From positions 4,957,092-5,021,091 of the forward strand of contig BDGG01000003.1 of assembly GCA_001949185.1 (NCBI GenBank): a stretch of DNA of 64,000 nucleotides, in the 5' to 3' direction. Source of the DNA: Ramazzottius varieornatus. Taxonomy: Eukaryota > Animalia > Tardigrada. Under the pieces are notes generated by a model. It saw only the letters and a program-made list of their open reading frames with translations, was not told the origin of the DNA and did not search any database. Each line of letters opens with the position of its first letter. Position 1 is the stretch's first letter. Made by a program: the position numbers and the translations under genes. Positions 11,356-23,707 of the stretch are shown here, in pieces.

Positions 11356-14300
11356 ATGGCCAAGCATCATAGAGCTATCGTTCTGTGCCTCTTTTCGGTC
11401 CTTTGTCTTGTGGCTGGACAGAACTGGACTGTGACCTTTGTGCCTTGCATGTCCTACACTTCCTTGGCCTACAGCTATGGTAAGAAATTTCCAAGTGGCG
11501 CACACGTGCAAGTTTAATGGCCACAGGTGTGCGCCACCTAAGACCAACGATCTTGTCTTGCTTTATTGTTTTCCCGAGTGGCGCACACTTTCTTCGGTGT
11601 TACAGGCTTAAAGAGAGCGCCACTTGAGAATAAGAACGCGCCAATCTTGTTGCGCTTGCTTGCTCCGATAAGGTCCCCGTCTGCCTCGCGCAAATAAACG
11701 CTTTGCTCTATTTTATTTTTCCAGACTATTACGGACCAGCCATTGATATGGCCATCTTGGACCTTAGGTAAGGGACTGGTGACGCTAAAAACTGATGTTG
11801 ATTCTAATCTTGGGATTTTTCGACTTTAGGGAAGAATACCCACATATCGGTTGGAAAACGCTCAACAGATCGCCGCAGGCAATGCGCACCTGCGCGGAAC
11901 AGGACGCCCAGAGTTTGCCCATCATCACAGATTTCCTGTACAATGAGCCCAACGGGAGCGAGATCTGGCATACACCGGGGAACCTGATTGTCATCATCAG
12001 TAACGGTGAGCCACGGTCCAGAGATGATTTGGAAAACAACTCCCACCTACCTCGCGCACACGCTCTGTTTTCTCTAAGAACTATCTCAGCAGTGCATCTC
12101 GTTTCCCGGTAACCTTCCGAGAATTCCTGGCTGCACTATTCATTCCCGTTTTTCTCCTCGTAGGTTGCAGTAACTCCCTGCGATATGTGGGCGACCTTTC
12201 TCGAGGTAAGAGATGATCCTTCACTTTCCCGGAAAGGTTGTTTGTCCGATCGTATATGTCGAAGAGTGAAATATCGGAAAAGAGTAATCTTACGGAATGA
12301 TCTTTATTCCAAATTTTCCAGAAATCAACATACCCGTCATATCCAGGTGAGGCATCACAAAGGGGAGGTCAGCCTGGCCAGCAAACGAAACGCTCGAGAT
12401 CGTCATCTCAAGTGGCGCATGTTTCCCGTACTATTGGCTGGAAGCGTGCGCCACTTTAGAGGATCAGGATAAGGTGATGGACGCTTCTGGCCAGTGGCAA
12501 TAAGAACGTGCGCCACTTGAGTTGATGATGTCACGCGTTTTGTTTTCCGGCCTCCCTAATACCAGTAGAGATTTCTGTAAATTGTCCAGTTACAACGTCT
12601 TATTTTTCAGTGGTGGATCCAGTAACTTTCTGTCGAACACGGAACGTTTCCCGACGATGCTTCGCTTCCTGCCGTACCAGCAAAACGACCTGGTCCAAAC
12701 CATGACACTGTTCTTAACCCGCCACAAGTGGCTCGACATCGTCCTACTGTGCGATGTCAACCCGTCCTTGGGGAACTTCTTTACAGTGGCTTGTCAGGGT
12801 TTTCAGGATGGAATCCTCCAAATGCCGGGGACCAACCTGATGTCGTACAACTTTGACACGCGGTCACCCACTGACTATGGACATTACCTTACCCTAGGCT
12901 CACTTCGAAGTCGAAGTGAGAACCCTTCTGGCCTTTCCGATAAGAAACTTGTGCTCCACTGCTTTGTCCTTGCAGTTTTCGTCATTGTTGCTCACGGAAA
13001 CATCACCCGCGACATCATGGTGAGCTTTGTCGCGGAGACAAGTCGCAGAGTTGCTCTGATGAATATGCCCTCCTTTCAGATTCAAGCCCATAAGTTGAAG
13101 ATGACGAACGGCGACTATGTACGTAAAACTGAGACGCTGGCTAAATGGATTCAACCACAACTTTTCCCCAAGTGGCGCACTCTTTCGGCCAATAAAAGTT
13201 AGAGCGTGCGTCACTTGGTAAAACAGACATGTCGAGTTTCGAGATCGCACTTCCAAAGTGGCCCGCTGTCATTGTTGTTGGCTGAAGACGTGCGCCACTT
13301 GAGAAGACGATCCGGGTGAGTTTATTCATCGGCTTAATAGACACGAGGTGCTCGGCACGGAAATATCCACCGGGTACTTACGTTTACATTTATATTTCAG
13401 CGTATGTACCCAGTGGATATCTCCACGTCCGGTGGATATTTCCGTGCCGAGCACCTCGTAGCCGAATCAGTGTTTTCCCGCTTTGTCGAACAGAAGCTTA
13501 GGCTTGTTGCTTCTGTAGGTGTACATCACGACGTACCCGCTGGAGCATCCCCTCTACGGTTTCTACAAGTGGCGCTTCGAGGATGAGAATGATGACGCGC
13601 GTATTTCCAATCAAATTACCGAACTTTTTTGAGCGCCTATGTCTCACCAGTTTGATATACGGACTTCCTTGACGTTAATAGGCAGCCAGAGAAGCTTTTC
13701 TATCCTTGTACTTCGTGTCGACACGCCCATTGCGTGGACCCGATTACCGCTCCTTTGAGGTGGAACTGAAATACCGGGCGTACAAAGACTATCAGTTCAT
13801 GTATGCAGCTGATGAACGTGTGAGTTAATTGCCTGTCAAGAACTACCTGAAAAAGAATTTGATCCAAAAAAGCATTTTGTTGTTTAGGTTTCCGCATTTA
13901 CGGCTTTGCAACACACAGTTGTCACTTTTACTGGCGATGTGAGTAAAATGGAAGCCCACCGAAAAAGCTGGTCGCAGGACCGGTCTGTTTCCCCAAGTGG
14001 CGCACGCTGTTGGTTTTATTGATCGGAAGCGTGCGCCACTTGGGAAAACAAAGCTGAATTAAATTTTCTCGTGTTCGTCATACAATGACGTCAGAAAAAG
14101 TCACTTTCCGAAACTACTGAAATAAACGAAATTTATCTGGTTTCTTCTGATTGATTTTTATCGTTGAGACGATAATTATTTATTCATGTATCGTTCAGAT
14201 AATCAATGAGACGCTGGCGGAGACTGGCGTCATCAACGACGGCAAGACGATAATGCAGAAAGCTTTTGCACTTCGTAATGTTTCATCGGTGACCGGCGAC

Positions 14301-17300
14301 TTCATGATCAATAATGGCGACCGGGTTCAGTACATCTACGTTATTGTCGGCATGCAACACCACACATATACATTCAGGGTACGTTCAGTTCTCTGACGTC
14401 AAGGACTTTTTGATCCTCGTAGTAAACACCACCAAAATAGAAATTCGTCTGTTTGGCAGGAATACTTTGAGTACGACACAACAGTCCGGAAGTTGGCTCG
14501 TACGCCAGGCCAGCGTTTAGAGTGGGCATATCGGCAGGATGCTCCGCCGAATACCCCTTTTTGCGGCTTTGACGGCTCTGACGTTCGGTGTAGCAACGGT
14601 AGGCCTTGATTGAATTATCCTTATTCGGCCTGGTTGCACTTACTGGGCCTTTATTTCTCTGTTGCAGCGCTATCGATCACCGTTGGCATCATCTGCGGCC
14701 TGATCGCTGCCGCATTGATCCTCGGCTTGACGGTCTTCTGCGTTGCCAAACATACAAAGTCCGACGTCGAACTTGACGGTAAACTATCTGCATAAGTTCC
14801 TCAAATAGAACATAAAACGCGTACTGTAAATATTCGCTGCATCCGCGCAGTACGTACTTGTACGCAACGATGCACCCCCGTAGGGGGTTGCGCAATCCGT
14901 GAGACTGGACTGGGGCTGTATTCACTTGTACGATGACGTGCCGCGTGGACGCAGCGAATATTTACAGTAACTGAAGAAAGACAATAAAAAATAACCAAAC
15001 GAAAGTTCGGAGACCAGCTTCGACCAGATCGTTTTCCCAAGTGGCGCACGACTTTAGCCAATGTTGTAACAAGTGTGCGCCACTTGGAAAACCGATCTTG
15101 TCGAATACGTTTACCGAGCTCCGAGATACGGAAGAACCCAACTTCCGGTTGAGGGGACGGCTTCGACGTGCAGTGTGACTCAAGGTGGCGCTATCAACTT
15201 TTTGTTCGTGATTCCGAAATTATGCACCATTGCAGATCCTCGTTGGTCCATTCCGAGGGATGAAATCAACTTCCTGAACCTGCAGAGCAACATGTCAGCT
15301 TCGCAGACGGCCAGTCGGAACATTGGCAGCACCGTTGCTGTAAGTTCATATCGGGTCTGTCAAGAACTCTGTCGAACTTGGGTAACCGAGGCATTTGGTT
15401 GTAGAAGTCGCAGTACTCGCTGAGGACAGGCCTGAACTCTCAGGTTTCCGGTTCGAGAGTCACCAAAGGTACTCGAGGTAGCGGGATGACCAACAGTGTC
15501 ACCAAAGATGCTCACGTGGCCAAATGGAAGAACAAGCTGGTGTGGGTCCACGAAATCAAGCTAAGCCACAAATTCTCCCCGTCCGGTGCTCAAGAAGACC
15601 TCATCAGAAAGGCATGTTTTACCCTGTTCTCACGAACTTCGTCGTGAATTGTGTCGGTTGTTTTGCTTGCTCGATGAACTTTTGGACCAAGCGCGCGTCA
15701 GCCAGTCTCCTTGTGGACCTTTTCGTTGCGATCTTTTCAGGCTTCCCTGGCCACATAGTCTGGTCCGTCAGATTTTTAGGCCCTGACGCGCGTTTGTTTT
15801 GGACCTTCTACCGAGAAACGCGAATTGACCTTTTTTTACGGTTTTTCTTACAGATGAAACGGATCAACGGCCCGAACCTTGCCCACTTCTACGGCTTCTC
15901 TCCCCACGATGGCGTTGAAATGGGCGTTCTTTGCGAAATCGTAGCTCGCGGTTCCATGACGGACCTTATGGCTAGCGACAAAGTCAAGTTCGACATGGCG
16001 CTCAAAAATTCCGTCATTCGAGACCTGACAAATGTAAGAGAAAATATGGCAGCTCGGCAAATAACTGGAAAAGACCACTTTTCCGGAGAGGCGCACGACT
16101 ACAGCCAATGAAACCCAACACAAGCGCCGTCTGGGAAGGCAATCTTGTCGACTCTGATTATATTCCCAAAGAGGCGCATGTTTGCATTGTTAGTTGCTGG
16201 AAGCTTGCGCCGATAGACAAAACAATTTTGTTCAGTCTGTCTGCTGGGTTCCCCATCTCCTAAAGGTTTATAGTGAATTTTCCCCTTGGTAATTTTAGGG
16301 TTTGATGTATCTCCACGATTCCTTGGTGGGACATCATGGTGATGTCAACTGCGGCAACTGCCTGCTGGACAACCGCTTCGTCCTGAAGCTGGCTTACTAT
16401 CGTCTAGACTTTCTCCCACGGGCCACGCCCTCCTCACTGGACGAGGACAACGAGTACCGGCAGTTCCTTTGCTTCGCTCCCGAACAGCTTCGGGCACCCA
16501 TCACGCACATCTTTCGAGGCTCCAAAGAGGCTGACGTGTACTCGTACGGTCATACGCTGTACAATCTTGCTGCCGAGGTTGAACCGTTCGAGGAAGAAAT
16601 GACCCAACACAACTTCACACCCAAAGGCACGCTCAATATTATTTCAAAAACTTCTTCGCTTCTAAAATGAATAAGTTACAAAATCAATCTATTTTATTTC
16701 ATCAGTTTGAAGCTAACATTTTCGTATTCCGGTTTAGTTTCAGTGTCTAACGTCATTGTTAGGAGCTCGGAAAACTGCTTTCCAAGTGGCGCACGTTCTT
16801 AGCGCTGTTAGCTGAAGAGTGCGCCACTTGATAAGACTGATCTTGTCGAGCTTGTCCAAGTGGCGCACGGTCTCAGTATTTTTGACTGGAAGCGTGCGCC
16901 ACCTGTCGGGTATAGTTGGCTTCCCAAGTGGCGCACGTTTCCTTTGATATTGGTCGAAGGCATGCGCCACTTAGAAAACTATCTTGTCGAGTTTGCCCAA
17001 GTCTCACCTGATTTTTTTCGCTTCAGTAATTGTGGATAAGGTTATCACACAAAGTATCATCGCATTCCGTCCAAGAATTCCTAACGGGATGGATCGGACT
17101 CTTCGAACCATCATCGAGCAATGCTGGGACGACAAGCCGCTCAACCGACCAACAATGAAGGCGGTGGACCGCTTGCTAAATACAATTCCAGGCTTCCAAC
17201 GGGATACCAACTTTGTCGACAGCCTACTTCAGCGTATGAGCCAGTACGCGGAAGAACTGGAGAACCGAATAGCCGCGGCGACTGCCGGCATGATCGAAGA

Positions 17301-18452
17301 GAAGAAGAAATCGGAAGAGCTTCTCTTCCAAGTATTACCCAGGTAAGACCTAACTGAAACCGGTAGGTGTGGCCTTGGCACTCGCCTACTGCCATGCTCG
17401 TTTAGGCATTTGGCCTTAGCCCTGACACAAGGAAGGAAGATCGAGCCGGAGTCCTTCTCGGCCGTGACCATCGGCTTCACGGCCATCGCCAACTTTGGTG
17501 ATATTGCCCTGCAGTCTACGCCGATGCAGATTGTCGATCTGCTGAACGACCTCTACTCCATGTTCGATGCTACACTGGAATTGTTCAATGTGTACAAAGT
17601 CGAAACTATTTCTGACTCCTACATGGTGGGTGCATGCTGGGTGACAACTTGCGGGGTGCAAGATGGCCCTTCTGGCTGATTCTTCATTTGTTTCTCCTGC
17701 TGTAGATTGCCAGCGGACTTCCAGAGAGAAACGGGGATGAGCACAGTCGACAGATAGCCAAAGTGTCCTTGGAGTTGATGGCCGAGTCGGACAACTTTAA
17801 GATTCGCCACCGACCAAACGAAAGACTGCAGCTTAAAATTGGCTTCCACACCGGCGCCTGCGCAGCGGTAAGAAACCATCGTGGCATGTGGAAATGCGCC
17901 AGTATTTTGAGCCTCTTTCATTTCCCAGGGAATCGTAGGAAGCAAGATGCCGCGATACTGTCTGTAAGCTGAATAAAGTCCTGGGCGGTTGTTGGCAACA
18001 CGGTAAGGTATCATTGTTCTCCAAACTGATGGTCTTCTTCTCTCGGACAGCTTTGGAGATACCATCAATACAGCTTCGCGGATGACGTCCTTTGGAAAAG
18101 GTAGGCGCTCTTGATTTGTCATTGACTTTGCGTTTCTTCATTTTGACAAAAGGCTTATCGTTGGCAGCTTTGAAGATTCACGTCAGCACGTCGGCCAAGG
18201 AACACTTGGATCGTTTTAAGGAATTCCGTTTCTCCTTCCGCGGCCTGGTGGAAATCAAGGTAAGTTGCCAGAGTTCTTTACGTACTGCTTTACCTGTAGC
18301 TCGAGTAGAGAGTTTAGTGGTATATTTGTGGTGCTGACTAGCTTCTGACCGTTTTGTTGTTGTAGGGTAAGGGGCAGCAACCTTGTTACTGGCTCCTCCA
18401 GAAGCACGAGCAAGATGATGGGCAGGTCCATGCGCCACAGTCACTCGCTTAA
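11356..18452 (+). CDS. Receptor-type guanylate cyclase (natriuretic-peptide-receptor-like), about 20 exons
   Basis: Signal peptide MAKHHRAIVLCLFSVLCLVAG; ANF-receptor ectodomain (GPAIDMA, ERFPTMLR); PPNTPFCGFDGS; TM LSITVGIICGLIAAALILGLTVF; kinase-homology domain (HGDVNCGNCLLDNRFVLKL, DVYSYG); coiled coil EKKKSEELLFQVLP; cyclase YKVETISDSYM and MPRYCLFGDTINTASRM; last exon 18366-18452. Confidence 0.92.
16761..17000. repeat. Palindromic MITE-like element, three-unit array
   Basis: GGAGCTCGG start; three AAGTGGCGCAC..TGCGCCAC units in a guanylate cyclase intron. Confidence 0.85.
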
Positions 18453-19101
18453 TACCCCTACAGCAGGACGCAACCAAGATTAAGGGAGGGCGTCAGGACG
18501 GAGCAGAAACCGTGGAACCACTGAAACGCAAAGTGTGCCGCGTCATGAAGACCATTGTTTACAGACAATACGTACCAGAGACATTCCTACCTTCGGTTTC
18601 CTTCTAAAAATTTTGGTCTTTGTTGTATTAAAATTTTTGGAGAACTTGCGGTTCTCATCTCGTGATACAGCCTCACACTCTGTATCGTCTCCAGCGCCGG
18701 GACTCATTCAGCTGCCCTAAGTTAGATACCAAAACTTCTAAAAATTGGTTCTGTAAATACTACCACGAACACATACTGTCAGATATCATTGTTGGTGAAA
18801 GCCTGAAAGGTTAAAGTTATTCATTAATGTACGCGAAAACATTCTTCCGGCTTCTTTCCCATAGCCGACCCGGAAGTGCGCAGCAGCGCCACCTTGAGGT
18901 GACCGGTCGTGTCCATCCGGAAAGTAATAGCGATTCGCGATTACCTCATAAAAATTATTTAATTCTTCCTCCTTTCAAGGAGTCTGTTTGTTTTAACTCT
19001 TCATACGAAAATATTCAGGTACAGTAGAGACCTGAATGCTTTCGAGGCCAAGTGCTTGAAGAAGATTGGACTTGCTGCCCGGTTATTACGGAAGCGTCAG
19101 A

Positions 19102-19290
19102 ATGGAGCACGGATCGGCCACTTCCGCAGGTCAGGATTATCCTCGAGAAGCCGGAAAAGAATCCAAAGATCCAGAACTGGTGACTGGTGACCAAGGGCCC
19201 GTCAAGGGCGCGACGAACCCTACCGCCGGAAAACAGGCCGACGAAGAGAGTAAAGTCGAAGCTGAAGCAGCAGGACAGAACGCGTCTTGA
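19102..19290 (+). CDS. 62-aa highly hydrophilic, probably disordered protein
   Basis: MEHGSATSAGQDYPREAGKESKDPELVTGDQG...EESKVEAEAAGQNAS*. Rich in G/A/E/K, no Cys or Trp; TATA-like CATAAAAA upstream near 18947. Confidence 0.45.
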   Translation: MEHGSATSAGQDYPREAGKESKDPELVTGDQGPVKGATNPTAGKQADEESKVEAEAAGQNAS

Positions 19291-19836
19291 GTCCTGAAGG
19301 CTGATGATCACTGTGTTTGCTCAGCTGTTCTACAGCATCCGTCCCGTCCGGGAGTCTTGCCTGTGGAGTTGAAGCCTTTTCATACCTTGTTTTATCGACA
19401 GTTCGACATGTTACTATTCCGCTCATGATTTAATACTGCCGATGCGCTGAGAGAGACTTTCGAGCTCTTAGAATGTATTGTAATGTTTTGGTTCGTCTTT
19501 AACGAACCACGACTGACGTAACGAAGTAGCCCTTAGGTCGCATGGTAGATTTTGACGTCACGCGCGAGTACTTGCGAGTCAATCCCTGCGATAAAACCCT
19601 ACTGCGCAGTTGATCAATCAGCAAAGCTGTACAGGTCCGAAGTGGATTATGTTGCGATCTGATTGGTTCGTGGTAAATACTGGGAAGACTACCGACCGCC
19701 ACGGGGAATGCAAGAAAATCAGCAGGTCATCTGACTCGTTTCTCCTTCTTTCACAGCTTCTCGATCGTTCTCCTGGGTCCCTTTCTTCCAGAGTTTGCTT
19801 CGAACACCATAAAAAAGTTTCGTAGCTCCTGGAAAT

Positions 19837-20934
19837 ATGGAGCAGCTTGACAATCAGCAACTCGCAGAAGGACCTGGCAGCGTAAGTGCAAATCATTCGG
19901 ATCATCGTACTCCTCGATGATTCCTGCGACCTGCCCATCGCGTTCTTGATCTCTCTAGGTCCCGAAGTCTGACGTTCGTCCAGGGGACGCGGGTGATCTC
20001 GGAGTAGATATTGCATCGTACCAGCCTGCAGCAGTCGCTCCTGCAGTTCTACACCTTCATCAAGTTTCGGAGAATGCACCAGGCCACGTTGGCCATGAGC
20101 CCGCATCGCACGCTTTGCCCAAAGTCAAAACGGACTTAGTGCCACCTCAGCAGCAAGAACAAGATCCCAGCTATCATTCGCGAGATCCTTACCCACACGC
20201 TCCGGTCGAATCAGGTGAGCAAGTGGCGTCGGCTGAGAAAGTTTCTGCTCCGAAATCCATCTCGACAAGATGGTTTCTTCAAGTAACGCACGCTTTCTGC
20301 GATTTTGCTCGGAAGCGTGCGTCACTTGGAAGAGCCACCTCGTCGAGTTCGTTTATTATTCCAATGGTGCACTTTCTCAGTTTTATGGGCTAGAAGTGTG
20401 CGCCACTTGGAGAAATGATCTGTTCGAGCCTCTTTGGCGAACACTAAGATCATTTCGAATTCTGTCTTGTTCACTTGATCTTTGTAGGTACGGGATCTGG
20501 CTCGAGTCAGAAGGGCTCGGGAAGTCATGATCAAGCTGGTGCTAGCCAGAAGAGTGCTAATAACCAGGAGCAAGCTGGAGGGGCAAAGGAAGGTATGCTG
20601 GGTCAGATGGCGCATAAGGCAGCTGAGTTATACGAAGGTGTCAAGGGCACAGTAGCTCCCGCGTTGGAGAACGTGAAGGAGAAAGCGTCGGAAGCCTGGC
20701 ATGCAGTGGCTGGAACCATCGGAGCTGGACCTGGTCCGGAACTGAAGGAAGACTACACTGAACGCGTGGTCGCTGGTCAAGAAACCCAGTCGTCCAAGGA
20801 GGTAAGTACTGCAGGGATAATTAAGTCTTGTGGAAAAACAAGAGGTTCTACAATGTTTGGTACGTTTTCAAATTATTATTGCATGTTTTTTTCAGGGCGC
20901 GTCTTCCAACCAAGGACAACACGAAAAACGTTAA
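19837..20934 (+). CDS. LEA-like hydrophilic protein, 4 exons
   Basis: Phase-consistent exons: MEQLDNQQLAEGPGS | VPKSDV...PVES | GTGSG...GMLGQMAHKAAELYEGVKGTVAPALENVKEKASEAWHAVAG...SSKE | GASSNQGQHEKR*. Amphipathic A/E/K helix within a disordered chain. Confidence 0.7.
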
Positions 20935-21681
20935 ACCGAGAAGCCACTCCAGCAACGTAATGAAATCACAGCATCCCTGAATTCCTCCCAGTCTTCTGTT
21001 TTCTATTCTTCTTTTTTGGAAGAGCCAGAATTTCCGATGCAGGAGATGATGTTCGTTTTTTCTGGAACTTTCCTGTCCTCGCTAACGACAATAGTTATTC
21101 TGAAATTAGATGGGATGTCGGCAAAAGAATTTATCCAAATTCGTTATGTCAAGTGGCGCACGTTCTTATTGTTAGTGACTGAGAGCGTGCGCCACTTGGG
21201 AGAACCATCTTGCTAAATGCCGTTCGTCTGAGTTATCATTGGGCAAGAATACAAACAAAAAATTTTCACTGGATACAGACATAGTGAGGAAGTAATTTGC
21301 CGTGTTAAAATTTTTCCTGAACTTGGGATGATATCAGTCGAGCCTTGAAATCGAACCCGGAAGTGAGCAGATGATATCGCGGGACACAGCGAATCATCCG
21401 ATCGAGTCGAGCTTTGACGCTTGTCAGCTGTGGCGGGTTTCGCCACTCGTAGTCTCCTTTTCGTAAACTTTGATACCCACCCATTCTTCTGGGAAGTCCT
21501 ATACTCTAGAAGGTTCGGGCTAAAGTCCACCACGCAAGCTGCGCTGATCGGCAAAGTCCAGGCAGGCAAAAAGAGCCATCGTTTCAGTTGAGCCAAGCTG
21601 TCTTCGGTAAAGCGTCTTTCTTCGCCTTTGTGCTTTCTTTTCCTACACCTTGACCAGTCTTTCTCCTTCCCTGGTGCTTCA

Positions 21682-21942
21682 ATGGATCCAGGTGTCTTCC
21701 AAGAGCAGGCCACGGAGCTCCGTCGACTGTCCCAGTCCAAGGAGTATGAGAAGCTGCAGCAGCAGGGCGTCGTTCTGATGAGCTTCCGTAAAGTCCCGCT
21801 AGAGCGCCGCGTCTCCATCGCCAACCCCTATGCGGCCATACAGGAATTCCAGAACCTCTACCAGGATCGCAGCCTACCGCCGCTCATCGAGTCCAAACTG
21901 GATCGAGCCCAAGCGTCTACAGCCATTTCTCGAGTCAACTAA
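21682..21942 (+). CDS. 86-aa protein of unknown function
   Basis: MDPGVFQEQATELRRLSQSKEYEKL...; GC-ending, coding-like codon usage against flanking AT-richer DNA. Confidence 0.45.
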   Translation: MDPGVFQEQATELRRLSQSKEYEKLQQQGVVLMSFRKVPLERRVSIANPYAAIQEFQNLYQDRSLPPLIESKLDRAQASTAISRVN

Positions 21943-23347
21943 ATTCCAGGTCCCACCCAACTATCTCTTTTCTAGATTACTGACAAAAGTGTGTATGCCA
22001 AATATCTCCATTCTTCCATTTGTACATAGATTCGCCGTTCGTTATCTTTAGAATTTTCTCACAGTGTTCTGTTCACGTATTTTGTTTTCACTTATTTGCA
22101 CAACGAGCAATCCAGTGTAGCCGATAAAAGCTGGAAATCTACCCAAGTACCAAGGCTGCTGTAGGTTTTGTCAGAACGTATACACGATTGACTTGTCGTG
22201 CCTATAGTCGATGAGTTAATTAATTGGTCCCGATCGGCAAGGCAGAAGTTCAGTCATGGTTCTAGGATGGACTGGGCCAGGATTTATCGCTTGAAGTTGT
22301 TCCTTGGGGAATATGCTAGTCACATGCTCAAGCTAAGCTTGAAAAGTGGTGCGCATGTCAAATTCAGCTTGAGTGTCCCGTAAAGTCATGGTTGGCGACT
22401 CGCTGGCGTGGAGCAATCGCTTTCAGTTGTTGGGCGAATGAAGCGGGAAGAAACCCCGCAAGCTCTTCCACTGATCTGTCCAAGCACCGCACTTGTATTT
22501 ATAGCTCACAGGGCTTCTGTAAATCACGATGTCCTCCGCGGACGGCTAGCGCCCTAACAACATCAGCGGAATTGATGAGGGGCGCAGCGATCAACTTAAT
22601 CGTCTTGGCTGTACTTAGACGACAATTCACGCCCAGAGTATCAGTTCCTTCACAAATAATGGAGATCGTTAGCAATACATCACCAGAAAAGTGCCACTAT
22701 TCCAAAGAACCCTGACAGAAAAAGGGCGGCGCGTAACTCTGAGCATGTTCAGCGGCGGTTTCAAGTGGCGCACGTTTTCGTTGTGAATGGCTGGAAGCAT
22801 GCGCCACTTGAAGCAACGGTCCTATATGTTTTGTCAACCGGTTCCCGAGACGAAAACGCTGGGCATAACGACAACTCTTCCGAAGAAACCGAGGCGTTAC
22901 GGTTAACTGGGGTCAAGATAATGTCGAATATGATCCGTTGGGACCAAGTTGAGGCTTACTGTGTCGCGCTAATTCAAAGCTTCTCACGCCCGTCTAAGTT
23001 GGCAGAAACCTGGTTCGGTTGACGCACTTGGTACTTTGATCAACCGCTGACCCATGCATTACAATGTTTTCCGGCTGGCGAATTCATCTGGCTTCGTTAC
23101 TTCCGTATAGAAGCCGGGATATCCCGGTGTCGGCATGCAGGCTGGACAAGTCATGCGTGAAACGCATGGGAGCACACTTGCCCGATTACCGTTTCTTCCG
23201 ACGGCAGATCCCGAGTCGTGACTATCATGCTCTCCGCTATTAATTCCAGGCTATCCATGTCGTAAATCTGGATTTCGCAGTAGGAACAGGGACTTGACGC
23301 AAAGTGCACTAGCTTTCATTGCGTCATTCATGTACGGCGTACTGTAT

Positions 23348-23707
23348 GGGAGCTCGGCAAACGAACTCGACAAGACTGCTTTTCCAAGTAACGCTTCCAG
23401 CGAATCCAGCGTGTTACTGACTGAAAACGTGCGCCACCTCGAAACACGTTCTTTTACATAAGTGGCGCAGGCTATTAATGACATTGGATGAAGGCGTGCG
23501 CCACTTGGAAAGGCAATCCTGTCGACTTTTGCTGTCTCTTCAAGTGGCGCACGTTTACAAGGTTATTTTTCGGAAGCTTGCGCCACTTATACAACATAAT
23601 CTTATCGAAGTCTTTTCTGGAGTGGCGCGCGCCTTTAGTGCTAACGGCTCGAAGCGTGCGCCACTTGGAGCAACGATCTTATCGAGTTCTTTTTTTGTCG
23701 AGCGTCC
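23348..23707. repeat. Palindromic MITE-like element, four-unit array
   Basis: GGGAGCTCGGCAAACGAACTCGAC start, four GTGGCGC..GTGCGCCAC-type units about 80 bp apart, degenerate inverted terminus. Confidence 0.85.

Noticed and set aside
13567-13575. Repeat arm AAGTGGCGC inside a cyclase exon (possible exonisation)
   Set aside because: A short match encoding KWR with no partner arm; chance is sufficient.
14873-14890. Short GC hairpin (CCCCCGTAGGGGG) as a Helitron 3' end
   Set aside because: No CTRR terminus at the expected distance and no second copy in the window.
17964-18050. Apparent premature stop after MPRYCL in the cyclase
   Set aside because: A GT-AG intron restores YCLFGDTINTASR.
23348-23707. 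CRISPR-like look of the repeat-spacer arrays
   Set aside because: Spacers are variants of one consensus, arms are inverted rather than direct, arrays have at most four units, there are no cas genes, and the context is eukaryotic.
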